Below, one piece after another: positions 1-10,150 of a stretch of 64,000 nucleotides of DNA. Below the pieces are notes generated by a model that was not told where the DNA came from, made no database searches, and saw nothing but the letters and a program-made list of their open reading frames with translations. The translations under genes and the position numbers were made by a program. Source of the DNA: Spirochaetota bacterium (lineage in GTDB: Bacteria; Spirochaetota; UBA4802; UBA5550); assembly GCA_963664815.2 (NCBI GenBank), contig CAXXHB010000002.1, positions 224,001 to 288,000 on the forward strand. Reading direction: 5' to 3'. Each line of letters opens with the position of its first letter. Position 1 is the stretch's first letter.

Positions 1-1
1 T

Positions 2-457
2 GATAAGGTTATAGGCACCCATTTTTTTAATCCGGTTCCCGTTATGCAGCTTCTGGAGCTGATAAGGGCTTTTCAGACTTCTGATGAAACTCTTCAGTCT
101 GCAGTTGAATGGGGGGTCAGGCTTGGCAAAGAATGTATTGTAGTAAAAGAAGCTCCTGCTTTTGCCGTAAACCGTATACTCTGTGCTCTTCTCAACGAGG
201 CGTTCCTGGTTCTTGACGAGGGTATTGCCACAGCTGAGGATATCGACAAAGGTATGGTCCTCGGATGCAATCATCCAATAGGCCCACTTGCTCTTGCGGA
301 TCTTGTCGGCAACGACACCCTGCTGCACCTTATGGAGGGGCTTCACAGGGAACTAGGAGATAAATTTCTCCCGGCCCCGATGTTGAGAAAACTTGTTCGT
401 GCCGGATATTACGGACGAAAGAGTGGACGGGGAGTCTATAATTACAGTAAAGTTTGA
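2..457 (+). CDS. hbd: 3-hydroxybutyryl-CoA / 3-hydroxyacyl-CoA dehydrogenase, 5'-truncated by window edge
   Basis: Frame is open from base 2 (DKVIGTHFFNPVPVMQLLE). Has the catalytic HFFNP motif and the C-terminal motifs FAVNR, DIDKGM, NHPIGPLALADLVG and GRKSGRG. Confidence 0.9.
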   Translation, partial: DKVIGTHFFNPVPVMQLLELIRAFQTSDETLQSAVEWGVRLGKECIVVKEAPAFAVNRILCALLNEAFLVLDEGIATAEDIDKGMVLGCNHPIGPLALADLVGNDTLLHLMEGLHRELGDKFLPAPMLRKLVRAGYYGRKSGRGVYNYSKV

Positions 458-608
458 AATTAACAGCCTTTGTATTATCATATATAAAATCCAGGAAGAT
501 ATATTATGCTTACCCGGCTCTTGTTTAATTTATAGCTTCCTGGAAATTAAAATCACTTTTTTATATTTTCTTTAATAAAGGTTTCGTTTTTACTGAGATT
601 TTGCTAAT

Positions 609-2042
609 TTATAATTCATCAAACAGATTGAAGTGTTGATATCCTCCATACTGGGCAGGGAAATCATCCGCAGCAACCCAGAAATCTCCTTTCTCTGGAT
701 ATATTATAAAACTCCATAAATTCGCGACATGAGCCTTGAAGGTTTTTGCAGGCAAATCTTCAAAAAATATATCATCTTTATATAGGGCACATATTGTTGA
801 AAGCTGATTATTACTCACCGAAGGTGTGTATTTTGGCCTCTCTTCACCGGTGTAGGGGTCAAATCTGTCGCTGAGGATTCTGACGGCAATCTTAAAATCT
901 ATCTGCCCATAATGTTCATTAAGAAGCTCCCGGTATCGTTCAAACCTGGAAGGTGCTGCAACATAAAGATTCTCTGGATCCCTGAGACTCCTCTGCCACT
1001 GTTCAATTGTATCAACTGATTTTAATTCATAAACCGGGGCCTGATCAAAAACCATATTATATCCTGTGAAATTCCCCCAGCCAGGATATGAATTTGAATG
1101 ATTTGTTGTCCAGATACAGCACGAATTTTTTTCCGGCAGTCTCTTCGTTATATTTTCCGATGATACTTCTATAACTGAAGCATCACGTTCTTTTGCATCT
1201 GCTACATGATAAGCAATTCCTGTACATCGGGGATTTTTAATAAAAACTTCATGTGCATCATTTATACTGGCTGCACTATTAAGAACGGTTCTCGATAAAA
1301 TTCCGATTCCACATCCCTCCATTGTTTCATGCACCGAAGGATTATATTGTGTCATCATTGAAATTCCTTTTTCATTAAATCCCCCGTCAATTCCCACCAT
1401 GCCGGGATGAGTCATGCATGCATGTGAAAACCCTTTATCCGGATTTACAATAAGAAGAATCCTGCTTTCAAGAATTCCGGGAAGATTCAGGTTGTCCATG
1501 TTTTTCCCGAATATCAGAGATCCATCTCCCCCGGCTGCTTCTCCCCATGCAGAAAAACTGCTGCAACCACATCCTCCAAGTACAAAGGTACCGGGTAATC
1601 CCCCCCTATACTCAGCCCTTGTACCAGGCCGATAAGGATCCCAGTGTTTGGGATGAGCATATATACACCACTGATCATACATTGTATTCCAAAGACATAT
1701 TGCAGAAAAATCAATACCTGTGATGCCTGTTTTTTTTACTCCGTCACTAATACCTAACATTTCCTCTTTCAGCTCTTCAGGGAAAAAAGGTGTCGCCGCT
1801 TTTACTCCTATATCCATTCGTTCTTTAGCTTCATTAAAAGAACAATGAATTGTTTTTGCAATAACTGCGGCAGCTGCATCAAGAACCTCGGGAACCACTT
1901 TTTTTATTTCATGGGCAAGAATATATCCATGCTGAAATCCTCGAATATAAGGTGATCCTTCAACTTTAAGCACTTTTATTCCATTTCTGAATTTAAGAAC
2001 TCCTTTTTCATAAGATCTTTCTTCATTAATCATAAAATTCAC
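609..2042 (-). CDS. C45-family (acyl-CoA:6-APA acyltransferase-like) autoproteolytic Ntn-hydrolase, apparently cytoplasmic
   Basis: G-spy-rGfqHG N-terminal motif, EEMxGI, GCSSF processing site with nucleophilic Cys, FGKNMD, GFNEKG and TNH. No signal peptide. The start may be the ATG at 2033. Confidence 0.8.
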   Translation of the reverse strand: MNFMINEERSYEKGVLKFRNGIKVLKVEGSPYIRGFQHGYILAHEIKKVVPEVLDAAAAVIAKTIHCSFNEAKERMDIGVKAATPFFPEELKEEMLGISDGVKKTGITGIDFSAICLWNTMYDQWCIYAHPKHWDPYRPGTRAEYRGGLPGTFVLGGCGCSSFSAWGEAAGGDGSLIFGKNMDNLNLPGILESRILLIVNPDKGFSHACMTHPGMVGIDGGFNEKGISMMTQYNPSVHETMEGCGIGILSRTVLNSAASINDAHEVFIKNPRCTGIAYHVADAKERDASVIEVSSENITKRLPEKNSCCIWTTNHSNSYPGWGNFTGYNMVFDQAPVYELKSVDTIEQWQRSLRDPENLYVAAPSRFERYRELLNEHYGQIDFKIAVRILSDRFDPYTGEERPKYTPSVSNNQLSTICALYKDDIFFEDLPAKTFKAHVANLWSFIIYPEKGDFWVAADDFPAQYGGYQHFNLFDEL

Positions 2043-2127
2043 CCCTGAATTTATTTATTTCAATTGCATTAATTACATACATAATTCAATTTTAAAGAAA
2101 ACAATTTTTTCTTCTAAAATGATTTAG

Positions 2128-5100
2128 ATGGAGTTTTATATGGAAATAAACAATAAATCAGCTCTGTTTTTTATCCTTTTTTTGTTTTTTTTCATTTCCT
2201 GTGAACCCATGAAATCAACCACTCCCAGAGCAAATAAAGGGATACTTGATCTAAGAGGATATAACTTCTCATCTGACGAAACTACCACACTGGATGGTGA
2301 ATGGAGCTTCTACTGGAAAAAACTTTTTACTCCGCCTGATATTTATAAAATTTCAGAAAACTTCTATCATGTTCCAGGATCATGGAAAACTGCCGGAGAA
2401 AATTCTTCAGAAGGATACGGAACTCTCTCTCTTGTTATATATAAAGATAAAACATCCGTTCCTCTCGCATTGAAAATTCCCTCTATATCCTCATCATATA
2501 AATTATGGATAAATGATAAACCTGTATGTGAAAGCGGAATTGTTGGCGAGAAACCTGAGAATTCAAAACCTCTATGGCTCCCCCGGGTTGTCATACTGCC
2601 GGATACGGAACGAGAATGTATTCGCCTTACCCTCCAGATATCAAATTTTCAGGACAGAAGAGATGGCTTCTGGGGGAGCATTTTAATTGGCACAACAGAA
2701 AGTATAAACAAGGCTAGGGATAAAAAAATTGCATTTGAGCTTTTTATTTTCGGAAGTATTTTAATTATTGCACTTTATCATTTCTCTCTTTTTATTTTAA
2801 GGAGAGAAGACAAATCGATTTTTTATTTCGCTCTGTTCTGCCTTTTACTGGCAATTCGTACAGTAACCAGTGGAGAATGTTTTCTGACCCTGCTTACAAG
2901 TATTCCTTCAATTATAATCTATGAAACACTCTATATAGCTTTTTTCCTCTTAATCCCGGTATTAACGATGTATATGCTGCATCTTTATCCTGAAGAAGTA
3001 TGGAGCAAATTATACTTAATTGCTGTAATATCTGCCGTGGCTTCTTTAATAATTGTTTTTTTACCTCTTAGAATTATTACAGGATCAGCCATATTTTTTG
3101 AAATAGAACTTCTGCTTTTTATTATCTATGGCACATGGTGTCTCATCAGAGCTATTATTAATCACAGGGAAGGGGCACCGGTTTTCCTTACCGGATGGAT
3201 AGTCCTGTCTTTAACAGGAATAAATGACATTTTATTTGATATGGGTGTTCTCTGGACAGGTCTACTGGCTCCTTTCGGACTTCTCTTTTTTATTTTTTCC
3301 CAGGCATTTATGCTTTCAAAGCGCTATGCCAATGCATTCAGAACGATTGAGATAATGAGTAACAGCCTGCTGTCCCTTGATATAATGAAAGATGAGTTTC
3401 TGGCAAATACATCTCACGAGCTCAAAACGCCACTTAACGGTATAACAGGTCTTGCCGGATCCCTTTTTGATGGAGCGAGAGGGAATCTTCCTGAAGATGT
3501 AAAATCAGATCTTCTTATGATTGTCACAAGTGGAAAAAGACTCTCTTTCCTGGTTAACGATATTCTTGATTTTTCCAAGCTTAAAAACAAAGACGTTGTG
3601 CTTCAGGAAAACACGGTAGATATTAAATCCATTATTGATTCAGTAATCTACCTGACCCGCCCCCTGCTTAAAAGCAGTAATGTAACTCTTGTTAATAATA
3701 TAAAAAACAATCTCCCGCTTATTAAGGGGGATGAAAACAGATTGCAGCAGATATTCTATAATCTCATCGGTAATGCAATCAAGTTTACAGATAAGGGCAA
3801 TATTGAAATCAATGCCAAAGAGATCTCCATAGATAAAAATAAAATGATAAGTATATCCGTAAGCGATACCGGTATAGGGATAAATAAAGAACAACTGGAT
3901 AGAATATTTGAGCCATTCTGTCAGGCAGATGGCAGCATCTCCAGAAAGTACGGAGGTACAGGGATTGGTCTGTCTATAACAAAGCAGCTTGTTATTCTGC
4001 ATGAAGGTCAAATAAATGTAGAATCAGAACCAGACAGAGGATCAACCTTTACTGTTACGCTTCCACTAAAAAAAATACATTTCCCGGAAAAAGTAACTCC
4101 TATAAAAGGATACGGTTTTTATGATACAACAGATAGAGATATCAACCAGAAATACTTCAATAGTGATATTATTAATGATAATAATGCATCATTTTCTCTC
4201 AATAAAAACAAACAGGAATCTTCAGAAAAGAGATTCACAGTCCTCCTGGTGGATGATGATCCTGTAAATCTTCAGGTACTTGAAAACTACCTTTCTCTGG
4301 AAAATTATATAATAAAAAAAACAAATTCTGGTCACGAAGCAATTAATATAATTGAAAATGACCTGTCAATCGATATCATTTTGCTCGATATTATGATGCC
4401 TAGAATTACCGGTTATGACGTCGCAAAAAAAATAAGGGAAAAGTATGCACATTTTGAACTTCCCATTATAATGCTAACTGCAAAAAATCAGATATCAGAT
4501 ATAGTTTTTGGAATTGAATCGGGAGCAAACGACTATCTTTCAAAACCTTTTGACAGAAGAGAACTTATTGTAAGAGTCGACTCTCTTTTAAAACTTAAGG
4601 AATCTGTAAAAGAAAGTAAAAAACTGGCTGTAATAGAACAGGATTTAGCAATAGCAAAAAACATTCAGCTTTCCACAATGCCTTCATCTATACCGGAACT
4701 GGATTCAATGAAAATAGCAGTTCGCTATATTCCCATGGAGAGTATTGGAGGGGATTTCTACAGCTTTCATGTACTTGCAGATAACAAAATAGGAATACTC
4801 CTCACGGATGTAACAGGACATGGTATTCCCGCTGCTCTTATTGCCTCCATGCTGAAAATTGTATCAACTATACTTGCAGAATATGCCGAAACTCCCGCCC
4901 TTTTCTTGACAGAAATGAACCGGATGTTAACCGGCAATATGGGGGATCACTTTATCACCGCAGTATATATATTTATTGACACAAAAAACAAGAGACTCCT
5001 GCATGCAAACGCAGGTCATGAACCGGTTATAATACTTAAAAGAAATAAAAGAATCATTATTGAAGAGAGCCCGAAAGGAAGAATAATCGGCCTTACCAAG

Positions 5101-5358
5101 GATAATGATATTGAATTGTCCGACTCAGAAATTGAAAGCGGTGACAGAATTATACTTTTTACAGATTGCATTGTTGAAGCATATAATGATAATAAAATAA
5201 TGTTTGGAACTGATTCTTTTAAAAACGCAATTTTTAATACTATTGACATGAATACAGAGGAGTCATCCGATTATCTTCTGAATGTCCTCAAAGAATGGAT
5301 AGGCAAAAAAGAAAAATTCGACGATGATTTTTCACTTATCATAGTTGATATAAAATAA
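2128..5358 (+). CDS. 7TM-DISM hybrid sensor histidine kinase with REC and SpoIIE/PP2C phosphatase output
   Basis: Extracellular sugar-binding-like domain (LDGEWSFYW, VPGSW), about 7 TM helices, HisKA (SHELKTPL), HATPase (NLIGNAIKFT, GGTGIGL), REC (VDDD, DIMMP, KPF) and PP2C (GGDFY, DVTGHG, DDFS). The start is likely 2140, after GGAG. Confidence 0.9.
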   Translation: MEFYMEINNKSALFFILFLFFFISCEPMKSTTPRANKGILDLRGYNFSSDETTTLDGEWSFYWKKLFTPPDIYKISENFYHVPGSWKTAGENSSEGYGTLSLVIYKDKTSVPLALKIPSISSSYKLWINDKPVCESGIVGEKPENSKPLWLPRVVILPDTERECIRLTLQISNFQDRRDGFWGSILIGTTESINKARDKKIAFELFIFGSILIIALYHFSLFILRREDKSIFYFALFCLLLAIRTVTSGECFLTLLTSIPSIIIYETLYIAFFLLIPVLTMYMLHLYPEEVWSKLYLIAVISAVASLIIVFLPLRIITGSAIFFEIELLLFIIYGTWCLIRAIINHREGAPVFLTGWIVLSLTGINDILFDMGVLWTGLLAPFGLLFFIFSQAFMLSKRYANAFRTIEIMSNSLLSLDIMKDEFLANTSHELKTPLNGITGLAGSLFDGARGNLPEDVKSDLLMIVTSGKRLSFLVNDILDFSKLKNKDVVLQENTVDIKSIIDSVIYLTRPLLKSSNVTLVNNIKNNLPLIKGDENRLQQIFYNLIGNAIKFTDKGNIEINAKEISIDKNKMISISVSDTGIGINKEQLDRIFEPFCQADGSISRKYGGTGIGLSITKQLVILHEGQINVESEPDRGSTFTVTLPLKKIHFPEKVTPIKGYGFYDTTDRDINQKYFNSDIINDNNASFSLNKNKQESSEKRFTVLLVDDDPVNLQVLENYLSLENYIIKKTNSGHEAINIIENDLSIDIILLDIMMPRITGYDVAKKIREKYAHFELPIIMLTAKNQISDIVFGIESGANDYLSKPFDRRELIVRVDSLLKLKESVKESKKLAVIEQDLAIAKNIQLSTMPSSIPELDSMKIAVRYIPMESIGGDFYSFHVLADNKIGILLTDVTGHGIPAALIASMLKIVSTILAEYAETPALFLTEMNRMLTGNMGDHFITAVYIFIDTKNKRLLHANAGHEPVIILKRNKRIIIEESPKGRIIGLTKDNDIELSDSEIESGDRIILFTDCIVEAYNDNKIMFGTDSFKNAIFNTIDMNTEESSDYLLNVLKEWIGKKEKFDDDFSLIIVDIK

Positions 5359-5374
5359 AAAAAGGAGAAATAGA

Positions 5375-6676
5375 ATGAAATCCTGGAAAAATTTATTTCT
5401 TATTACAATTTTAACAATCACCTCTTTTATTGTCTGCGGATGCAAAAAAGACCGAATAGTCCAAATCCAGGACAAAGGTACTCATTACCTGATGTCGATT
5501 GACTACACAAAAAATAAAACTCATTATGAAACCGGTAAATTTATCGGAAAGGCTATTCTGAAAGATGTTGACTCATACGAGAAACGCGTTGATGAATTTA
5601 TTGCACTTACTGCAAAAAATTATGGCTATCCGGAAGAAGTTCCCGGAACACCGGAAGAGCACTATATGCTCTTTATGAAGCGGGTAGGTGATCTCAAACC
5701 ACTTCTCCCCCAGACTATCAAAGATGAAATAGAAGGTGTAGCTGATTGCTTTTCAGGGAAGAACAATGATATTATGGGTGATGGCAAACTTTCAATAAAT
5801 GAATACTATTTTCTAAATCTTATAATTGAATCATCAGAAAATACAGAGTGCTGCGCAGTTTCGGCATTCAACAGCGCATCTAAAACAGGAAGCACTATAA
5901 TAGCCAGGGTAATGGACTGGTATATTGATACAGAAAAAAAAGAAGTTGAGAATCTTTTCGGAATAACAGAGTTCAAATATAATGATTTTACTCTTTACAC
6001 AATCGGTATAATAGGACACCTCGGAATAATTACCGGGATAAAAAACAATGGTATTTATTCAGCTATACTTTTTTCAAGAAATAATACTCCTTATTCATCT
6101 TCAGGTAAGTATTCTCTCTCTATGGAGCTTCGTTACGCAATGGAAAAATTTTCATCTATTGATGAAATTGCAGATTATATGCGTGTAAAAGACCGTAATT
6201 ATACCATGAACCATAATATCTTTCTTTCAGATAAAAAAAGAAGTATAGTATTGGAAAACAATATACAGGGGGGCCCTACCTCTGAACGTAAAATAAGAAC
6301 ATGTACCTCAAAACTGAATAAAGGTGTAAATTGGGGTTTTGAAAACAGGATAGCCTGTGTAAATTCATTTATTCTGTACGGAAATGACGACAATCATACT
6401 ACCATTCCAGGGAATCAGAACCGATGGCTTTCTCTGGTAAAACTTATGGCGGAAAAAAAAGTTCCACTTTCCTCCAATGATCTGCGCTCAATCATAACAT
6501 TCTATCCTGGTGAAAAACCGGGTGATTTCGATGAAGGGGGATTGTACACCAAATGGTCTAAACAGGTAATGATTTTTCAGCCTGATGATATGTCGCTTGA
6601 AATTTTCTTCAGCCCGAAAAAAGGAGATATTCCTCTTAAACCGGTGTTCGAGAAAATTCAATTAGGTAATATTTAA
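5375..6676 (+). CDS. C45-family Ntn-hydrolase, predicted lipoprotein
   Basis: Signal peptide ending IVCGC (lipobox-like), then DEIEGVA, ECCAVSAF processing site, ARVMDW and ITGIKNNG. AGGAG RBS 17 nt after the sensor stop. Confidence 0.75.
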   Translation: MKSWKNLFLITILTITSFIVCGCKKDRIVQIQDKGTHYLMSIDYTKNKTHYETGKFIGKAILKDVDSYEKRVDEFIALTAKNYGYPEEVPGTPEEHYMLFMKRVGDLKPLLPQTIKDEIEGVADCFSGKNNDIMGDGKLSINEYYFLNLIIESSENTECCAVSAFNSASKTGSTIIARVMDWYIDTEKKEVENLFGITEFKYNDFTLYTIGIIGHLGIITGIKNNGIYSAILFSRNNTPYSSSGKYSLSMELRYAMEKFSSIDEIADYMRVKDRNYTMNHNIFLSDKKRSIVLENNIQGGPTSERKIRTCTSKLNKGVNWGFENRIACVNSFILYGNDDNHTTIPGNQNRWLSLVKLMAEKKVPLSSNDLRSIITFYPGEKPGDFDEGGLYTKWSKQVMIFQPDDMSLEIFFSPKKGDIPLKPVFEKIQLGNI

Positions 6677-6809
6677 CACTTTAACTCTTTCCAGGTTGTT
6701 TGGGGAAATAATTCTATTAGAATAATTTATCCTCATCAGATTCAGAAGGAACAGTTTTTATTTTTACCATTTCCAACTGAATTCCGGGAAAGAGTTAAAT
6801 TTTTTCCTG

Positions 6810-8789
6810 TCAGCGTTTAATCCCGAACTCTTCCATTTTTTTGTATAAAGTATTTCTGGCAATACCAAGTTCCTGTGCTGTCTTCGATATATTGAAATCA
6901 TGTTTTTTAAGGCTTTCCATAATTATCATCATTTCATTGCTCTTGAGGTTTCCGGATGACTTGATATGTTCCGGATGACCTTGTGCGGCAATTAATCTTT
7001 CTGTTTTTTCTCCACTCAGTTCCCTTATATAGGCAGGAAGACAATCTGGTGTTATAGCGTCTCCTTCAGAAAAAACGAATGCTCTTTCTATTATATTTTT
7101 CAATTCTCTCACATTTCCCGGCCAGTTATAGGCTGTAAGAAGCTGAATTACTTCCGGTGTAAGATATTTGTGGCCAGTACTGAACTGTTTCCAGATAATC
7201 TTCAGTATATGTTCCGCCAGCAGCGAAATATCACTTTTCCTGTCCCTCAAGGGGGGGATTGTAAGCTGTATAACATTAATCCGGTAATAAAGATCCTCCC
7301 TGAAATTGCCGATTGCAACCTCTTCAGAAAGACTGCGATTTGTTGCCGCGATTATGCGTACATCAACACGCTTGAATCTGGAACCTCCAATCCGTACTAT
7401 AACCTTATCCTGCAGAAAACGGAGAAGGCTTACCTGCATGTCTTTCTGCATCTCCCCTATTTCATCAAGAAAAAGAGTCCCCCCGTCGGCAAGCTCAAAT
7501 TTTCCAGGCTTTCCCCCTTTTTGCGCTCCGGTAAAGGAACCCTCTTCGTATCCGAAAAGTTCACTCTGTATAAGGTCTTTAGGAATTGAACCACAATTGA
7601 TTGCAATAAACGGACCTGTCGCCCCGCTCTCCATGTGTATTGCCTGTGCTATTAGTTCCTTACCGGTTCCGCTTTCCCCTTCAATCAGAACATTGAATGA
7701 TGATTTAGCCACCCTCAATGCAGAATCGCGGACTTTGAGAAACTCTTCACTCTCCCCTACTATCTGGTCGAATGTAATTGCCGCAAAAGAAAGCTGTCTG
7801 TCACGAATAGGGCTTTTCTTCGTGGAAGTTTTTGTATCTTCCTCAAAGATAAGGAAACTAACAGGTCTATTACTCTCATCCATGATAATTTTGCGGTTTA
7901 CTGTAAACACTCCGCCGGCTGCTTCTTCCTCCAGGCTGACATTTTTTATAATCACGTTTTTAAGTTCATCAACATTGACTGATGCCGCGAGAAGATTTTT
8001 AATCTGCAGATTGCCGGAAATAAAGTCTGTTATGTGTTTACCAATGGCCTCTTTGCGGTCTATTCCTATCCTGTCGAGGAACTTGCGGTTGGCATCCACA
8101 ATATTTCCCTGTTCATCTACAGCCGCAGCTACCTGAGATATAACATTAAGAAGAATCGGTGTATTATGATCGGATATCTGTTCCTTTATGATCTCAGCTT
8201 CAATCAGTCTTGTACCAAGAGATACCATTGACTTAATAGCTGGAAGACTTCCGCTTAAATTTACAACAGCGATAAAACCGGCAATACTCCTGTTATAGTT
8301 GAAAATTGCCGAACCTACTTCGTGCCAGTTATGTGCATGAGAATGAAGATTTTCAAATCCGATAGTTTCAGCTATCTGCCCTGTTCTTATTGCTATTCCC
8401 AGGGCGCTGATAGTACCATTCATCTCATTGCACCTGTGACCAATCCTGATCTGATCATTACCTTTTTCAAGAAGTTCAATAATATCCCCTTCATCATCAA
8501 AAAGCGCCACTACATAAGAATCAGAAATGCCGGAAAGAACCTCGTTAATATCTTTCATGACAGGAACTGATTTCTCTATAAGATTCCTGTTCTTTTCACG
8601 CTTTATTTTTATTTCTTCATCGGAAAGAAGCTGCGGTGTATAGTCGAGCAGATTCCGCTGATAAACCTTCACCCAGGAATCGGCCAGTTCCGGCCTGATA
8701 ACTTCTGTATCAATATTACCGGTACGGATAAACAGTTTCCACGCCTCTTTTATTTGATCGTAATATGACCGCATTATATCATCCCTCAA
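6810..8789 (-). CDS. AcoR-like sigma54-dependent enhancer-binding protein (GAF-PAS-AAA+-Fis HTH)
   Basis: GESGTGKE Walker A, SELFGYEEGSFTGA (GAFTGA loop), FLDEIGEM, WPGNVREL and C-terminal HTH AQELGIARNTLYKK. Confidence 0.95.
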   Translation of the reverse strand: MRDDIMRSYYDQIKEAWKLFIRTGNIDTEVIRPELADSWVKVYQRNLLDYTPQLLSDEEIKIKREKNRNLIEKSVPVMKDINEVLSGISDSYVVALFDDEGDIIELLEKGNDQIRIGHRCNEMNGTISALGIAIRTGQIAETIGFENLHSHAHNWHEVGSAIFNYNRSIAGFIAVVNLSGSLPAIKSMVSLGTRLIEAEIIKEQISDHNTPILLNVISQVAAAVDEQGNIVDANRKFLDRIGIDRKEAIGKHITDFISGNLQIKNLLAASVNVDELKNVIIKNVSLEEEAAGGVFTVNRKIIMDESNRPVSFLIFEEDTKTSTKKSPIRDRQLSFAAITFDQIVGESEEFLKVRDSALRVAKSSFNVLIEGESGTGKELIAQAIHMESGATGPFIAINCGSIPKDLIQSELFGYEEGSFTGAQKGGKPGKFELADGGTLFLDEIGEMQKDMQVSLLRFLQDKVIVRIGGSRFKRVDVRIIAATNRSLSEEVAIGNFREDLYYRINVIQLTIPPLRDRKSDISLLAEHILKIIWKQFSTGHKYLTPEVIQLLTAYNWPGNVRELKNIIERAFVFSEGDAITPDCLPAYIRELSGEKTERLIAAQGHPEHIKSSGNLKSNEMMIIMESLKKHDFNISKTAQELGIARNTLYKKMEEFGIKR

Positions 8790-8963
8790 AGTTTACCCAT
8801 GACTAAGATTAAATAATTCAATTTTTAACGACAAGCACTTTTTAAAAAGAAGCCTATTTCTGTTTTGGCAAACATAGATCTCCATTTTTTCCGGTTCTTG
8901 AATTCAATATTTATTCCTTAATTTTATGTGATAAAATTTTCTGCAAAATATAGACTTTAGCAT

Positions 8964-9025
8964 TGTTCAGTTTTTGAGCAAAAGTGTTCAATAATTTATC
9001 ACCCATGTTGCTGTCTTATTGAACA
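8964..9025. promoter_or_regulatory. Putative upstream activator sequences for the sigma54 EBP
   Basis: Three 17-bp imperfect dyads with TGTTCA/TGAACA half-sites: 8964-8980 TGTTCAGTTTTTGAGCA, 8985-9001 and 9009-9025. They lie about 210-270 bp upstream of the -24/-12 element. Confidence 0.5.
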
Positions 9026-9236
9026 GTTCATTAAACAACAGAACTTATCAATAACATACACCAACTTATCTGAGAAAAATAAAATATTATATATTTATTT
9101 CTTTTTAGAAACCTGAATGAATTCTGGAGCGACTTTTTACTAACATGGCAAATTAAAGTGTTACTTATCATATTTCCTATCTTATAGATGAATAAATATT
9201 TTAAATAATATTTCCATTTAATCAAATTTGATTTTC

Positions 9237-9252
9237 TGGCACGGAATATGTA
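9237..9252 (+). promoter_or_regulatory. sigma54 -24/-12 promoter of the fix operon
   Basis: TGGCACGGAATATGTA versus consensus TGGCACG-N4-TTGC: perfect -24 box, -12 box ATGT. Divergent from the sigma54 activator gene. Confidence 0.7.
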
Positions 9253-9370
9253 TATATTAGTAGTTAAGTAAAGCTATGCTGATACCAATATATCTGGTTT
9301 CAGTACAATACAAATTATAAATTATGCGGTTACTGATCTATAAAACAGATTCAGCCGTAATGAGGTTAAA

Positions 9371-10150
9371 ATGTCAAAAGTAATTGTCTGCTTTAAATGG
9401 GTCAAAGTTGAGGAAGATATAAGAATTGATCCCGCCAGTCTGAACGTCGATTTAAGCAAAGCAAAGGGAAAAATAAGCGAGTACGACAGGAATGCTATCG
9501 AAGCTGCAAAAACTGCTTCCGAAGCAATCGGCGGAGAATCCGTAGCACTAACTTACGGAGCAGCTGATTCCAAAACATCTCTGAAAGATGCCCTTTCTCG
9601 CGGACCTAAACAGGCCTACTGGGTAAACGACCAGTCTGCTGAAAATGCCGACGGATTTGTTACAGCGAATGTACTTGCAGCAGCCATTTCAAAAATCGGG
9701 GATTACAGCCTTGTAATTTGTGCAGAAGGCGCTGCTGATACCTATGCACACCAGGTTGGCCCAAGAATAGGAACACTGATTAATGTTCCTGTTATCTCTT
9801 ATGTGAAAGATATGAAAATTGAGGGGAACAAACTGACCGCTGTAAGAAAACTGGAAAATTCGCTTGAGCAGGTTGAAGTTGAACTCCCTGCAGTGGTTAC
9901 AATTCTTCCAGAAATGAATCCAGCACCGATTCCCGGCCTTAAAGCGGTTCTTGAAGGTGGTAAAAAACCGATAACTGAATTCAAGATCCAGGATCTTGGC
10001 CTCAGCGATGAAGATGTAAAAAGGAAAACAGAAATTGTATCATTTAAAGGCTGCTCGATGTCACGAAAAAACATCATGTTTGCTGAAGGCGATGCTAAAG
10101 AAAGAGTTAACGCTCTTGTCGCCGCATTAAAGAAAGAGGGGGTACTGTAA
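9371..10150 (+). CDS. fixA: Electron transfer flavoprotein beta subunit (FixA-like)
   Basis: VIVCFKWV, ISEYDRNAIE, ADTYAHQVGP and ELPAVVT ETF-beta motifs. Confidence 0.9.
   Translation: MSKVIVCFKWVKVEEDIRIDPASLNVDLSKAKGKISEYDRNAIEAAKTASEAIGGESVALTYGAADSKTSLKDALSRGPKQAYWVNDQSAENADGFVTANVLAAAISKIGDYSLVICAEGAADTYAHQVGPRIGTLINVPVISYVKDMKIEGNKLTAVRKLENSLEQVEVELPAVVTILPEMNPAPIPGLKAVLEGGKKPITEFKIQDLGLSDEDVKRKTEIVSFKGCSMSRKNIMFAEGDAKERVNALVAALKKEGVL

Noticed and set aside
7306-8136. 276-aa antisense ORF, and similar shadow ORFs over alaS, ppdK and the ACAD genes
   Set aside because: They lie opposite well-conserved genes, have no motifs or RBS, and are typical codon-bias shadows.
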